Shown in pieces: positions 10,753-25,700 of a stretch of 64,000 nt of DNA. The notes below the pieces were generated by a model. The model did not search any database and had not been told where the DNA came from. It saw only the letters and a program-made list of their open reading frames with translations. The translations under genes and the position numbers were made by a program. The stretch comes from Enoplolaimus lenunculus (taxonomy: Eukaryota): NCBI GenBank assembly GCA_030248215.1, contig JASANG010000440.1:372001-436000 (forward strand), in the 5' to 3' direction. Position 1 is the stretch's first letter. Every line of letters starts with the position of its first letter.

Positions 10753-13700
10753 ATGTCTTCTTCATTACCGACCACAGCAAAACTTGGTATATTTGAACCT
10801 AAAATTGCGGAACAGCGAATTAAAGTAAGGTTAAAGGAAACATTTTGGTGATTATTGTCAATTTTGTAGATAAACTTAAATTTCGTCACACCGGTTATTT
10901 GGTTCATAGAAGCTCCGGCTGCAAGCAAATTTACTCGCCAATGTATGGAACAGGGCCGGAACAGTGGTATAGACATATTCCTAAGCCTAAGCTTAAGCCT
11001 AAGCCTAAACCGTAAGGATGAGCGTATTAATAAGCCTAATCCGAAGTGCAAGCCTAAGCCTCAACAAAAAATTTAGTCTAAAGCATAACCTGACACTAGG
11101 TATTACAGCGCTACAGGAAAACTTTCCGGCCCTGTTCCATACATGGGCCAGTTAAACAGATGGAGCAAGCAGAGCTCATAAAGGACGGAATAGTTTTTGC
11201 AAGCGTAAGATTTTAAATATTTTAATGTTGCAAAACAATTTTCAGCTCATAGAAAAATATCGAAAGAAATGAGTCTTTTTAGTGTAAAATATTAGAAAAT
11301 GTAAGACATTTTAACGTTAGGCAGCGTAAACATTTGTGAATTTTTAATATTTCAGGAACTCGAACAATGCCTGGCCACCGAAGGTTCAAAGCGTCAAAAT
11401 GCCGAAGACCAAAATTCACGTCTTGTCGTTGAAAAGAATGATTTATTTCAACAACTCCAAGTCGAACGAGACAATGTGAACGAATGTGAAGAACGAACGG
11501 CGAAATTGATTGCTCAAAAATCAGATCTTGAAACTCAAGTTGGGGTACGGTAGCATGGAAGTCCATTGAAACTGAAAATCATAACGAAATCAGGAAATTT
11601 TACACAAAAGCACAGAACTCGAATCTTTATGCAAATCTGTCCAATCAAATACAGGGGAGTCGGTCAAATTTTGCCCTGAAACCAGTAAATTTTTTGAATT
11701 CGTCCCGGTGTAATGTTGCTACATTTACTTGCGAATGAAGTAAACAATGTAGCACGTGCACACTTTTCCCCGCATTTAAAGTCAAGGTTTACATTTAGGC
11801 TTAGGTTTAGGCTTAAATGTACAATCAGGTTGATGTGAAGAATTAATCAATCAATTTGACCTTGGGCCCGTATTCTCAAATGTGTGTAGCACCTATCACC
11901 AGCTGGTGATAGCTTTGGTAACTTTTGAACCAGTAAATGCTGAAAGTCAAATTTCAGCACATTTTTCACGTATAATTTGCCCTACTCATGTACCAATTTT
12001 GAGTTCAACAACTGCAATACTTAGTGAGTTTGAAAACCTGTTACTAATGATAGTTGCTATATGCATTTGAGAATATGGGCCTGGGAAAAACCTGAACCTA
12101 AATCTAGGGGCTATATTATCTAATGTGAACAGCATATATCATCAGTTCGGATTCGGTTTTCAATCTGACGAATGTCTGCAACTGTGGATGTCAAAATAGG
12201 CATAGAAGTAATACAAATCAAATGCGAACAATGTGCTCAATTTCGACCCTCGTCATCCGCTGGTTCGAAAGTTACAAAACATATCACCAAGTGATAAATT
12301 GCTCCATACATTTTGAGAATATATGCCCAGGTGTTTGTGTACATTGTGGGTGGAAAGTGTACAAGTGCCACCCACAACTGCAACATGGTTTCAGTTACAA
12401 TTTGTATTTTTAGGACATTACAGTAAGACTTACCGAGAGCGAGTCGCAATTGGTCGAGGCGGAAAAAGCCAAAAAATTGATGGATTATGAGCTGGACGCA
12501 GCACGGAAATCCGTCCAAGACCTTGAATTGACAGTTCGTAAGCAAGAAGCTGACAAACAAACGAAAGATCATCAGATCCGAACGCTACAAGACGAACTAC
12601 AACAACAAGATGTGGTATACTGTTTGAGTACTGTAGTGACCTGAATAAGGATTGCGTAATACTTTTATGTCCCGAACAACCTTTATAGCGCCGCCATAAG
12701 AAGAACAGAGAAAATAAGTGTTAAGAGCGTCTATTTTGAGTCCGAATCAATTAAAGTTTGGTAAACAATTTAATTTACAAAAAAGTTTTGTAAAGAATTT
12801 AATTACAAAAAGTATTAGATTTTCAAATGAAATTTGAAAAAATCAGACAATGTTGATATTGTGGATGCTGGTGTGATTAAACGATCCGATCGGTAAACAA
12901 GATCGCTTCTGTCAAAAGTTTCTTGTTACAGGGCTGAGATAAATGTTAGCTTTAAGGTCATAAATCTGTGCCGATATTTTCATGCCAGTCCCACGCTACG
13001 CTTGATTCGTCCTGCATATAAAGTGTCCGAACGACTTTTCGATACTCCAATGCGTCCGTCAAGCGATACCAAAATAGGCTACAATGTCAGCTGAGATAAC
13101 TTTAGCGAATAGCGGAAGGTTTAGTATCGGTTACCAGTTAGTGATAGCTTTTCATACTGTCAAACTCAACCGCTTACAGTTGACAAAATTGCCGCAGAAG
13201 TTAGACAAATCAAATGCAGAACTTTTCTGAATTTCTAACCTCACCGTTCACTGGGTCGAACGTTACAAGACATATCGCCAACTGATGATTGGTGTTACAT
13301 GAGAAAGCCCATGTAAAGATTAGGGGCGGAACGTTTTTCTGTGAACAAGAAATGACTAAGCTTAAAGCTTCAGACTATATTTTTTGCTTGGCTTAGGGTT
13401 AGGCTTAAGAATATGATCGTCCGTACGCTTAGGCTTAGGCTTAAGTTTAGGAATAAACTTTTTCTTACGCTCAGGTTTAGGCTTACGGTTATACATGGCT
13501 TACGAATATGCCTATAATGTAGTGCGGCCCCTGTTCTTTACATTGGCCGTTGAGAATAAGAGCCCTTGGTTTAACTTTCACGACGCTGTGTGTATTTGTA
13601 TTTATTTCAGATAATTTCAAAATTGAATAAAGAAAAGAAAACACTCGATGAACTCTATCGAAAACAACAGGACGACATTCAGTCGGAAGAAGATAAATAC

Positions 13701-16700
13701 AATCATTTGAGCAAAGTTAAAGCAAAGCTCGAACAGGCTCTTGACGAGGTAAGCAGTTGGGCCAATGTAAAGAAAAGGGGCGGAACAGTATTATAAGCAC
13801 ACTATCAAACCTATGACTAAGCCTAAGCCTAAGGCTAAGCGTAAGAATAAGCATATTCTAATGTCAAAGCCTACGCCTAAGCCTGAGCCTAGCAAAAATA
13901 GTGTAAAGCTTAAGTTTACTCTGTTGCAGTCCAACATGAACGAGTTCCGCCCCTGATCTTTACATGGGCCGGCAGTTCAAAGGTGTATTTACTATTTTTA
14001 TATTACTGTATATTTCAGGGAGTTGGTTTTAACTCAGAACGAGTTGAATCCACTCAGAAGCCTGAGCTCTGAATTAGATCTTCTTAGGACACAGAAATCT
14101 GAATTGATTGAACTCATTCTGAGTTACTTAATCAGCTCACCCGGAATTAAATCATCTCAGAGTGAGTTTCGTGTTCACTGTTGTTACTCATAAATAACCA
14201 GAAATAACTAATTGTCTCTCTCTGAGTTGCACTTCATAGGAGATTACAGCGAGCACATATGCAAATTATTCGTCTGTAGTATTTAGTGCGTAGTATTTTA
14301 CATGATCAAAGTCGGTTAACAATTACCATTGAACCTTTCACACTTGTACCCCAATTAAGATGACTCTAATTAGGATTTAGAGACTCTACCCGCTTACGGA
14401 CTCTTATTAGGGATTCTGACACCTACTGATTGGGACTCAAAATCGGGAGCCGCCTCTTTTTACCCCCGTCTTATTCGGGTCACTCCTGTAATTGCAATCA
14501 CTGCTGTTTTGGTGGCAAAGCCTTGAGAATGACCAAATTGATGATGAGGCGACTTGTAGGATTAGGAATTGAGTCCATGAACGAATGATTTTGAGTTCAT
14601 TTGAGCTGGAAGACGCGTTTGAGCGAGAAAAGCGAGCTAGGCAAGAAATCGATAAACAGAAACGAAAAATTGAAGGGGAACTCAAAATAGCGCACGAAGC
14701 GTCTGGAGAACAGGCTCGCGAGCGAGTTGAGATCGAAAATAGTCTTCGAAAGTAAGTTTGCGGGTTGCGCTATACTTTTGTTGACGTGCGGCGCTGTCCG
14801 GCGCCGTCCGTATCCGTACGAGACGTCCGTCACCGTCCATCACCGTGCGGTATCGTACGCAAATATCTCACGAACGATAACGTATGGTGACAAATGGTGA
14901 CGGACGGCGTCGGACGTGACGCAAACCTTATTTAGATCAAAATCGCAAGTACAAAGCAACAGAATTTTGGTTCGAGAGCAGTGCCGCGGTTGGAGCATTC
15001 AAGACCCATAAATTTTCAATTCGGCCTCAGTCCAGGAATAAAACACCAATGCGCAATCCATAATGGGTAAAGAGGGAATTAACGAGTGAAAACTTCTTTG
15101 AAACGCACAAAATCATGAAAGACAAGGCCCATAATTTCAGGGATACCAGCGTTTTTCTGTGGGACTGCAATAGAGTAAGCTTACACTTTAAACTTTTTGC
15201 ATAGGCTTAGGCTTAGGCTTTAAGTATAAGCTCATTTTACGCTTAGGCTTAGGCTTAGGCCTAGGTTTTTGCTTAGGAATACGTCTATACTACTGTTCCG
15301 CCTCTGTTCTTTACATTGGTCAAAGACAGTATTGGCAAAATTTTAGTTGATACATTTGGTGGAAATTTGAAATTGTGCTGTCAAAGAATTTATTCGGATA
15401 TAAACAAAAATGGTGTCTGAATGTTGCATTGAAGTATTATCGTTAACCGGTGAATAGTTGCTATACTCATTTGAGAATGAATATACTCGGAAATTTGATG
15501 ACGGAAAAATTTAAAAATTGCAGAAAAGACACAGAACTGCAAGCTGCCGCTGCGCAACTCGAAAATGAACAAAGTCTCGTTGTAAAATTGCAAAAACAAT
15601 TAAAAGATCAACAGACACGAATGCAAGGATATGAAGAAGAAATTGAAGCAGAACGTCAAAATCGACAAAAAGTAACCGAGTGAAAGCAGGGTACAACCGG
15701 ATGTCTGTTACCGGATCTGGCAAAATTTGTTTGGCCTTTGGTTCCGGCGCCTCGATTTTATTAGTTCCGGTTTCACTTTGCTAACTACTGAATACAGTTT
15801 TAGATTCAAGGGTTTCAGGTTAAATTTTGTTAAATTGCTTATTCAGTTTTGAACTTGGTAAATCAAATTGAGTCTCTTCAAAATAGGCTCTACGGGACTA
15901 CACAAACTGAGTTCAATTCGACTCCACCAGAGTCAAATTCTGCTCACTTAGTCGCACGTTTGACTATGGCGAAGTCTCAATTGAATCAATTTGTGTAGTT
16001 CCGTAGAGCCTATTTCGGAAAGAGTCAATTTGACTTGCCATTTTTGCAGTGAATTCTGTGCACTATACTTCGACTTTTTTGCTTGCTTTACAAATATTTG
16101 GGTTTGAAATTTTGTATCGCGGAACCAGCAGTTGGGCTCATGTATAGAACAGGGCCGGAACAGAACCTAGGATAAGCATATTCCTAAAACTAAGCCTAAG
16201 CCTAAGCCTAAACAAAAAATTAGTCTAAAGCTTAAACTGACTCTATCATAGCCCCTCCGGAAAACGATCCGGCCCCGATCTATACATTGGCCAGTAGTTG
16301 CACATGCTTGCTGACGTGGGTCAAAAATGAGTTCAATTATGCTAAAAGTGGGAATGTTTTTGAAAACATTTTGGAAATATGTTATGTCATAGGCTGAAAA
16401 GTATCGCGGTGAGCTTCAAAACGAACTCGAAGACTTAGCCGAGCGTTTAGATGAAATTGGTGGCGCAAGCGCAGCGCAACAAGAACTCAACAGAAAACGT
16501 GAGACCGAACTCGCCAGACTGAGACGTGATTTAGACGAGGTAAAAGTCTACTTATGATGTTCAATCTTGAGGCTGCAGAGTTCATTCCACTTTAAATCCA
16601 GTAAATCGGAAATTTTTAAATTAACCCTTTCTCACCTGAATATTTTCAATTTGATCAGAAATCTAATTTCAAGCTAACAAACATGACGAATGAAATGGGA

Positions 16701-19700
16701 GGCGTTTATCACCACCACTAAGCCATACGAGCGGAACTCTGGAGTTCGAAGTGGCTCTCGACGACTTGTGCTGATTTTGTACTGCGTATACGCGTAGTAA
16801 TTGCAAACCGCTGCGCACTGTTAAGGCTTAAATTGCATCAAGCCGTATTCACACGTGCAAGTTTTTGCTGCGAGAACTCGCAGCTGCCACTCGCACTTGC
16901 AAGTTTTGTCAAAAATCCCGTTCGAAAAACTTGCAGCTGCAAATAATTCATTAAAATCACAGCTAGCAATTTAGTTCACATGTGTTAATAAACATGCAAT
17001 TTCAATGACTTTATTGCTGCCGCTTTCTCATTGGCTGATGAAAAATGCAATTTCTGCGTGCAATTTCCTGTTGCAAGTACTCGCAACAAAAACATGCACG
17101 TGTGAATAAGGCTTTAATTTAGTAATCGCAGCAAAAATTGCAATTTTAGAGTGCAATAAGTCACGAGGCACAATGCGATACGTTACGTAAGAAGCATCAA
17201 GAAGCTGTCGCCGAACTGTCAGAACAAATGGACCAATTGCAAAAGCAAAAAGCAAAGTAACCGTTATTTCTCGAAAGTATTTATTCAACGCAAATATTTA
17301 CATCACTGCTGTCTTGTTTAGCGGCTAACGCTAAGTTTTCAAATAACCCAAACTATGGTGTATAGACGAACTAGATCGCTTTCACAGCGGTTGATGAACT
17401 TTCACACGGCGGTGTGTTTGGTGCGGCCATAACCCCCAATGGCCGGCGGGGTCTGAAAACGGTCAGCCGTTTTGAAACAAATTCAATCTGAAAAACGCCA
17501 CATTGAAAAAAATGGACTTTTTTGATAATTTTATATACAAAAATGCGTCTGGTTTCTCGCTCGTTTTATTCGCACTGACTTTCAATTGATTTGGAAATTT
17601 AATTGATTTTCATTGATTTGTTTTCGAAACGTTTCATCAAGTCGGTATTCATGCTTTGACGACAGTGTTTCGCAATTTATGCAACTGCCACAGTAGCATG
17701 TGTGAACCATGAATTTTTAGGAGGGGTCTGATACAGACCACCCCTCACCTCCCAGTAAGTTACCAGGAGTAAGCATGATATTGTGGATGTTGCAGTACAT
17801 ATATCACACGTTCATTTCTAAGCCATAATCCTACCGAGTTGTTAGCGATAAGAGCTAAAATTGTGTGCTTTAAAGCTGTAACATGTTTCGTGTTTTCAAA
17901 ATAGTTGCGTCGATTTTAATATTTGTTCTTTGTGATTTTATTTTCTTTATTTTTTGTTATTTTTTGTTTTGTTTCTTATTTCAGAATTGAAAAAGACAAA
18001 TTGACAGCGGAACGCGAATGTGACGAACTGCGAACGACACTGGATTCCGAAAGCAAATCAAAAGCGAATCACGAACGGCTCTCGAAACAACTTGAAACAC
18101 AAGTGGCCGATTTACAAAACAAGGTAAACTGGTTGATTTTATTCACAGTAAAGACTACACTGCAAAAAATGGTGAGTCAAATTGACTATCTTCGAAATAG
18201 GCTTTTCGGTCTTACAAAAATTGAGCCAAAATTCGACTTTGACACAGTCAAATTCGATTCGCTGAGTCGCACGTTTTACTTTAGCAGAGTCGAATTTGAC
18301 TCAGTTTGTGTAGTCCCGAAAAGCGGATTTTGAGAGAGTCAATTTCACTCACCATTTTGTGCAATGTACCCATTTTTAGCCTGCCTCTGCTTTCGCTCGC
18401 TATAAGCTTTCCAGACCACCCCCCTGATGAACCAAACATAATTTAGATGTTTGATGAATCCATCTGAATATGAACAGCAGACCAAGTGAGACCTTCTAAG
18501 TCGCTAAAGGTAACTTGCCTCAAAACTAAATTCCACCCTGGTAAAAATAAATTTTACGCTACGTTCATGTTACCTAAGGGAAGTTTGAAGGGTCAGCCTC
18601 TGTTATTGAAATTTTTATGCAGGGGTATTTTAGACACGGTTTCAGTTACAAGAGACCCCCGTTTTCGAAATTTTTACAAAACGTTAACCCTTGTTCCCAA
18701 ATGCTGACTGTATGCATGAATGATGCGGTCACACTTCTAATCTTCAGCGCAAAATCGCTGAAAAGAAAATCATTGCGAGAACAGATTAATTGAATAATTC
18801 ACAACATTTCTATTGAAAAGTTACTTTATTTATTTACAGCTGGACGAACATTCGCGTCAAATAGTCGATTTGACCACAGTCAAAATTCGACTGACAAGCG
18901 AAAACGGTGATCTTGGCAAACAGCTTGAAGAAGCTGAAGCTCAAATTACCGGCCTTGGAAGGCAAAAGGCGACGCTGACGGCCCAATTGGACGAAATTAA
19001 CCGGACGCTCGAAGATGAATCCCGGGTACGATGCCATTTTGATGGCTGAAACAAAGATCGAACTCATCATTAATCGGATTAAGTGGCGAATAGAAACGGA
19101 ACTCGGCCAAGACAAGGCGCATCCACAGGGATCAAAACCATAATTTTGTATTATGATTTTGCATTAAAAATTGCCGTTGACGTCGCAGACTTGTTTCGCT
19201 GAAGAGGTTTTGGCCCAGCATTTTTGTAGAGCATCCCAAGACTTTACGGCCGGGTACCCGGGGCCAATTGCCTTCAAGACGTACTCTCGTGCAAGGTATC
19301 AACCAGGCGTGCAGAAGTATAACGACAGGTGGTAGCTATGTGGGATCCGATACGCGATATATAATGATAAAAAAATTGCAAGCGAATCGAGCGAGAACCT
19401 AAATCAGCTTGAACTTAATGCTTAACCTGAATTGCGTCGAAGGCTCAAAATTTCTGAAAACCGGATTTGTTTTAACGGTGGTCCTTAATACCCGGGGGGG
19501 GGGGGTTAATAGTTATGGTTACGGCAGAATACCCGGGGGGGGGGGGTTAATAGTTGTGGTTACGCCAGCATTAATGGATTAGAGTTTGTTTCGGTACAAC
19601 CCTAAAATTAAGATTAATATAAAACGGTTAATTAAATTTAGTTTTTAAAATAAATAATTCTGTTGCTTTTAAGGAAAGACAAAGTTTACTGTCGCAACTA

Positions 19701-22700
19701 CGAGCATCACAAGTTGAATGTGACAGCTTACACGAACAACTTGAAGATGAATTTGAATCAAAGTCTGAATTGCAACGCGCGTTGTCTCGAGCGAACGCAG
19801 ATGTGCAACAGTGGCGAGCGCGATACGAAACAGAAGGCATCGCTAAAGCTGAAGAACTTGAAGAACACAAGTAAGTGCGATTTCTACCCTTTTCCGCATG
19901 AATATTTTTTATTTCATCTGAGATCAAAGTCCAATATTCTTAACCCTTTTTCACATGAATATTTGCCATTTCACATGAGATGTAATTTCAAGGTGAGATT
20001 CGAACCCCAGTCTCACGGGTGGGAGGCGTTTACGAAGACCATTGAGCTATAGCAGCTTGACGCTCGAGCCCGAGGGGCTCTCACGTCTTGTGGAGATTTT
20101 GCTCTACGCATATATGTTACAATTGTTAAACACTGCTCACAGTGTGTGTATTGCTCGTATATTATTGTATTTAGTTGCTCATAGTATACTCTAGGAACGA
20201 AAGGGTTAAACGAATATAACTGTGAGCGATCCCCACCGCTAATCCCTAAACGGTAAAGACATAACCGGGTAATGACATACCCGTAGACTTAGGTTATTTC
20301 GCACAAGAGATTCACTCAACCTTAAAAACAGGTTTCCTCTCTGGGAGGAAAACCTAGAAATATATAAAAGAGAAAACCTTAATATATATCAGGATAAAAA
20401 CTGGTTTAATATCCAATTTTGCATGAGCAAAATAACAAGTATTTAGCTCGTTATTGAAAGATACTGGTTCTGAATTCCATAGGAAGGTTTATGTCAGTTC
20501 TGATTTTAATTCAATGATGATATCATGTTTTTCTTTTGTGGTGATAATCTCCTGGAGTTAAGAATGAACTTAGATAACATAGAGTTTCTTAGTTTGTTTT
20601 GATGCTAAGTCACAACTAGTTTCAATTAGTTATTTCTAACTTAGTTTTTATTTAGTTTTCAACTATTATTGTTGAAAACTAATCGTATCCTGGTATTAGT
20701 AAGTTGCTTACTTTGTGTTATAATTCGTTTCGTATTATTACTTACATTACTTGTTATTAAAGCTTAACCCTAGTTCTGTTTATTAGCGAGTTCGGCGGGC
20801 TTCTGAGTCTTAAATCGGAGATCGAAACCCCTGTTAAGGCTGGAATTGGATGAACTCGCCCAGTCCTCTAACAATCCTATTACTCTAACCCATGTCTACT
20901 AAGATATTCCTAGTTTACAATAACATCTGTCAACAATTAGCGAAAGGTGTTTTAAATGAACTAAGCACGGTAGATATGGGTTTTAAAATGTACGCAACGG
21001 GCAAATCAAGTACGAAAAATGTACTAAGTTTTGAAATAAAACATTTGCCGGTTCAAAACGTATCAGACCAATTGTCAACCTGCGATAGTTGCTACACACA
21101 TTTGAGAATACTGGACGTTTTTTGAAGCGTAAATTTTAATTCGAGATTTTTGAACTCAATGCGTTTATTATCAATGCTGGACTAAAACTCGTGAAGTCAT
21201 TTAAGGGGGGCGAAACGGCTCTTTGAACTGCACAGTGGTGTTAGTCGGACCAAATATTTTTAAATTATTTGCTAAAAAGTCAGATGGTCCGGATATTAGC
21301 TTAGAAAATAACAAACATTTATTAAGACATTTTTCACGATTCGGAAAACCCTGGCGGCCAAGAGACAAACTCAAACAATCGAGGCAAATCAGCAGTGACC
21401 CAATCAGATATTAAAACCAAAACCTGACCACTGATACAATGAACTAATTTTATTAACCGGCTGTAAACATTGCAACTTTTTTATTAACCGCTTGTAAACA
21501 AAAATTATAGCTGGAACGATGCCCAAATTACGTATGCTGAGCGTTCGAGATTTATTAAATCATATATGTGTAATATTTTTGTTTATTTCAGACGTAAACA
21601 ACACGCTAAAATTAGCGAACTACAGGAGCAACTCGAGTCTGCTCAAGCGCGTATTGGTTCAATTGAAAAAAATCGACTTCGAATCCAGGGTGAACTTGAC
21701 GATGCTCACGTTGAAACTGAACGGGTATTTTAATGTATTCTTGTCTTTTAAACGCAAATATACTGCAATATTGCAATTTTGCAATTTTTGAAAAAAACTA
21801 AATTGCAGCATGAGTATATGCTAATCGCAGTTGACAACGCTACGTATGGTACTTGTTTGTCAATTGTACATCTTTGCTTGCTAAGACTTAGACCAAAGCC
21901 ACTGGTATTACCTAAGCCTTTAGTTAGAAATAACTCTAACGCTTAACAGTAAAATGAAGGGAAACTGTACAAGAACCAAATGTCAACACTGGAACAGCGG
22001 GATCCAGGGGTAAAACACGGTTACTCACTGAAAGACCTGCAGAATTTTTATTCAAAATCCCCAGGGTCGAAGCTAAAATTTCGTATCGAAACGGAACCAA
22101 CTCCAAAGGAAACCTTTACCTTTTACTCCTACTCAAATTTTGATGTTTTGTATGGAGGTATAAGGGTCCATTTTGCAAGCGTTTCTGCTATGAATTTTAT
22201 GAGAGCATTTACCCTTAGAAACCGGTTGATGGTCGTGTGAAACCCCTGGTAAGAAACGAAATATTCATTTCTGTTTTTGAAAGACAACAAAAATTAATGA
22301 TTTTAAGGCAAACAACTACGCTCAACAGTTGGAAAAGAAACAAAAAGGATTCGATAAAATAATTGAAGAATGGAAACGGAAATGCGATGAATGCGCTGCC
22401 GAACTGGAAGGATCCCAACGCGAAAATCGATCCATGTCCACTGAAGTATAGTTAAAAACGGATGTCCGCATAGCGGTCAACTTGTTGTACTATCTACACT
22501 GTAAATTTCAGTGAGTTGATTTTAACTCACGTTGAGTTGAATCACTCAGTCTGAGTCAACTAACCCAGAGTCAAAACAATTCAGAGTTAGAAACAACTCA
22601 ACTCTCAGAGTGAGTTAATGTTTACTGATATCGACTCAGAAATAACTTACTCGCTAGCTGAATTGATTAATCAACTCATCGGAATTTACAGTGTACTGCT

Positions 22701-25700
22701 TGGCCCGTGTTAATTATACACACCTTCCCACTGTGTGACTGGGAGAGTTTGCCAAGTTTAAGCTTAGGGTGAAGATTAGGCTTAAGTTCACGCTTAGGCT
22801 TAGGCGTAAACTTTGGGTTTGGCTTAGAATTATGTTTATGCTTACAATCAGCAAACAGACGACTCTGGTTAGCAAGGACTCACCGCGTTGCTATGATTAA
22901 TTCCCTGGTGTAACCGGATATTAATTTAGCGGATACTGAGACCAGATCCGGTTGGCGAATTTTTTAACGGAACTGGATGTTTAGCGGATACCATACAGCG
23001 TCTGGTTAAAGCATTTGGTTCGGGCAATAGATTACATATGTTTACTGAATTACATATTAGCTTGAATATTTCATTTTTACAACCGCGAATCACAAAACCT
23101 GAACGTCTCAGCTTGACCGGCCAATGTAAAGAACAGGGGCGGAACACTATGATAAGCATATTCCTAAGCCTAAGCCTATGCCTAAGCCAAGCAAAAAAAT
23201 TAGTTTAAAGCTTAAGCTTACTCTATTGCAGTGGCACAGAAAAACGTTCGGCTCCTGATCTTTACATGGGCCGCTTGACCAAAGAATGCAGTCGCAGCAA
23301 AATGAATCGCAGCAAAATGATAAAGACACTGATTCGTATAAAAGAAGTCTTTTCAAGTTCGGGACACCGCCGTAGATATCTGGTATCCCGTTGGTTTATG
23401 CCGGATACCGTAACCAGATCCGAATATTCGGTCGTATCCTGTAAATACCTCAGTCTGTTTCGAAATTACAAATATTTTCAATTAAAAATTTATTCCGTCA
23501 TTTTGCTTGCATTCAAGATGTGACCACGAAACAGGATATAAAAAGTATACTATTCTGATTTGAAATAAGACCTCAATTGCTATAACTTAACTTAAGCCGC
23601 ATTCACACGTGCAAGTTTTTGCAGCAAATATTTGCACGTGCAACTTGCATGTGCAATTTTGGAGACAAAGCAGCTTTGAAGTTCTTGCAGCTACAAATTA
23701 TTCACATGGAATTCATGCTATTGAATTTAATTCGCACCTGTCAACCCAGTAGCAAGTCGCTTAAATTTCTTGCACCTGCAGTTTGATTGGTCGATCGGAA
23801 TGTTCCTTTAAAAATACTTGAAGCTGCATGTATTTCGTGCAAGTTGCAGCTACGAGTTCTCGCTGCAAAAACTTGCACGTGTGAATGGAGCTTTATTTAT
23901 AAACATTTGCGATATCACAAACGAAAGACGATCAGAGCCGCAAATGTTTCATCTTGTCTCTTTGTGTAAAACTCGATTCCTAAATGTATTCCTAATTTTA
24001 AATTTTCACTTTTTCAAACTAACGGTTTTTAGTAGTCTTATAAATTAATAGGATTTTAAAGATGGCTTGTAAAACGTTGCAGAAATGTAATCAATTTGAT
24101 TATTTTGTAGATATTCAAGTTAAAGAATGCCTACGACGAAGTAAACGAACAAGGCGAAGCATTGAGGCGAGAGAATAAAAACTTAACTCAGGAACTCAAA
24201 GACATCACGGATCAGCTCGGTGAAGGTAAAAACTGCAATGTATTTTGCAATAGGAATGCTAAATTTGTTATGGAACATCCACGTTATACTGCACGCGCTA
24301 CTCCAAAAAAATGTCTGGGTCTGAGTAACGCCCGACGTCGTTTTATCACACTCTATTACGAGACCACTATAAAGTCCGGTAGTCCCTAACGAGGACGTAA
24401 AAACATATTGCAATGTGTTCATATAGCATCGCAAACATACATAACAACAACACAAATACATATATACACTTTAGAAATTATATTTGTGAGTATCGACATC
24501 ACAGATAACGAAACATGACCAGAATTCGTAAATGGGTCACCCACGTAATACTGCGCGCATTACTGTAAAACGTTGCCTACCCTCCCAGTTTGGACCTGTG
24601 ATAAAAATCGATACGATGACAAGTGTGGTTGAAACCCATGAAGTACAACTTAACAATCGTGTAAAGCATTACATTATATTTTGGACGCTTTTCGTGTTTT
24701 AAACTGTTTACGTTTTGTAAGACGAGCAATTGTGAAATGAATAGCTAACATAGCTAAACGCTATTCAGTAAACGCTTTTTAACATTTGTCAAAACGCTAT
24801 TTTCTCATCAATAAAAGATCTTTTCTTCAAAACGCGAAATGTGTGCGTTTAGCGTTATTTATTCCATTATTTGGTGTTGTGTGTGTTTCGGGTGGCCGCA
24901 ACGTTCACGAACTACAAAAAGCGATTCGTCGAGTTGAACTTGAAAAAGATGAACTTCAATGTGCGTTGGACGAAGCTGAAGCGACACTCGAAAGCGAAGA
25001 GTCAAAGTTGCTCAGAGCTCAACTGGAAGTATCTCAAATTCGACAAGATATCGAGAAGCGATTGCACGAAAAAGAGGAAGAATTTGAAAATACAAGGTAT
25101 CCGGTAAAACTGGCCCTGGATGGGGGAAGTATATTAGCCCATTGACCGTTCTGCGCTGAAAATTTTGCGATTCAAAACGTTCAAACGTTCATCTAACAGT
25201 CACAATCAGTTTTTTATGCGAATATTTTCAACAAATGTGCATCTTAAAAATACCTTCAGCAGCGCAAGTGTTTAGCACAAGAATTGCTGTAGTCTACAGA
25301 GTAACAACAATCATTTGAAACATTTTTTTGTTGCAGAAAAAATCATCAACGAGCGTTAGAGTCAATGCAATCCAGTTTGGACGCAGAAGCACGCGGCCGT
25401 GCTGAAGCGGTTCGTTCAAAGAAGAAACTCGAATCTGACCTGAATGAGCTTGAAATCGCACTGGATCGGGCGAACAAAGCAAACGCGGAAGCGTCAAAGA
25501 GCATTCGTCGGCATCAAGAACAGATCAAAGAGTTACAGGTTAGTCAGTTTTTGGCCTGGTAAGTCAAAAAAACCTTATCCTTGGGGTCATGCGCTTCAGA
25601 AATCAAATCCTGGCTACGCTCGTTGCAATTCCTTTTTCTATTTTCAGATGCAACTCGATGATGAACAGCGAGCTCGGGAAGATCTTCGTGAACAATTTGC

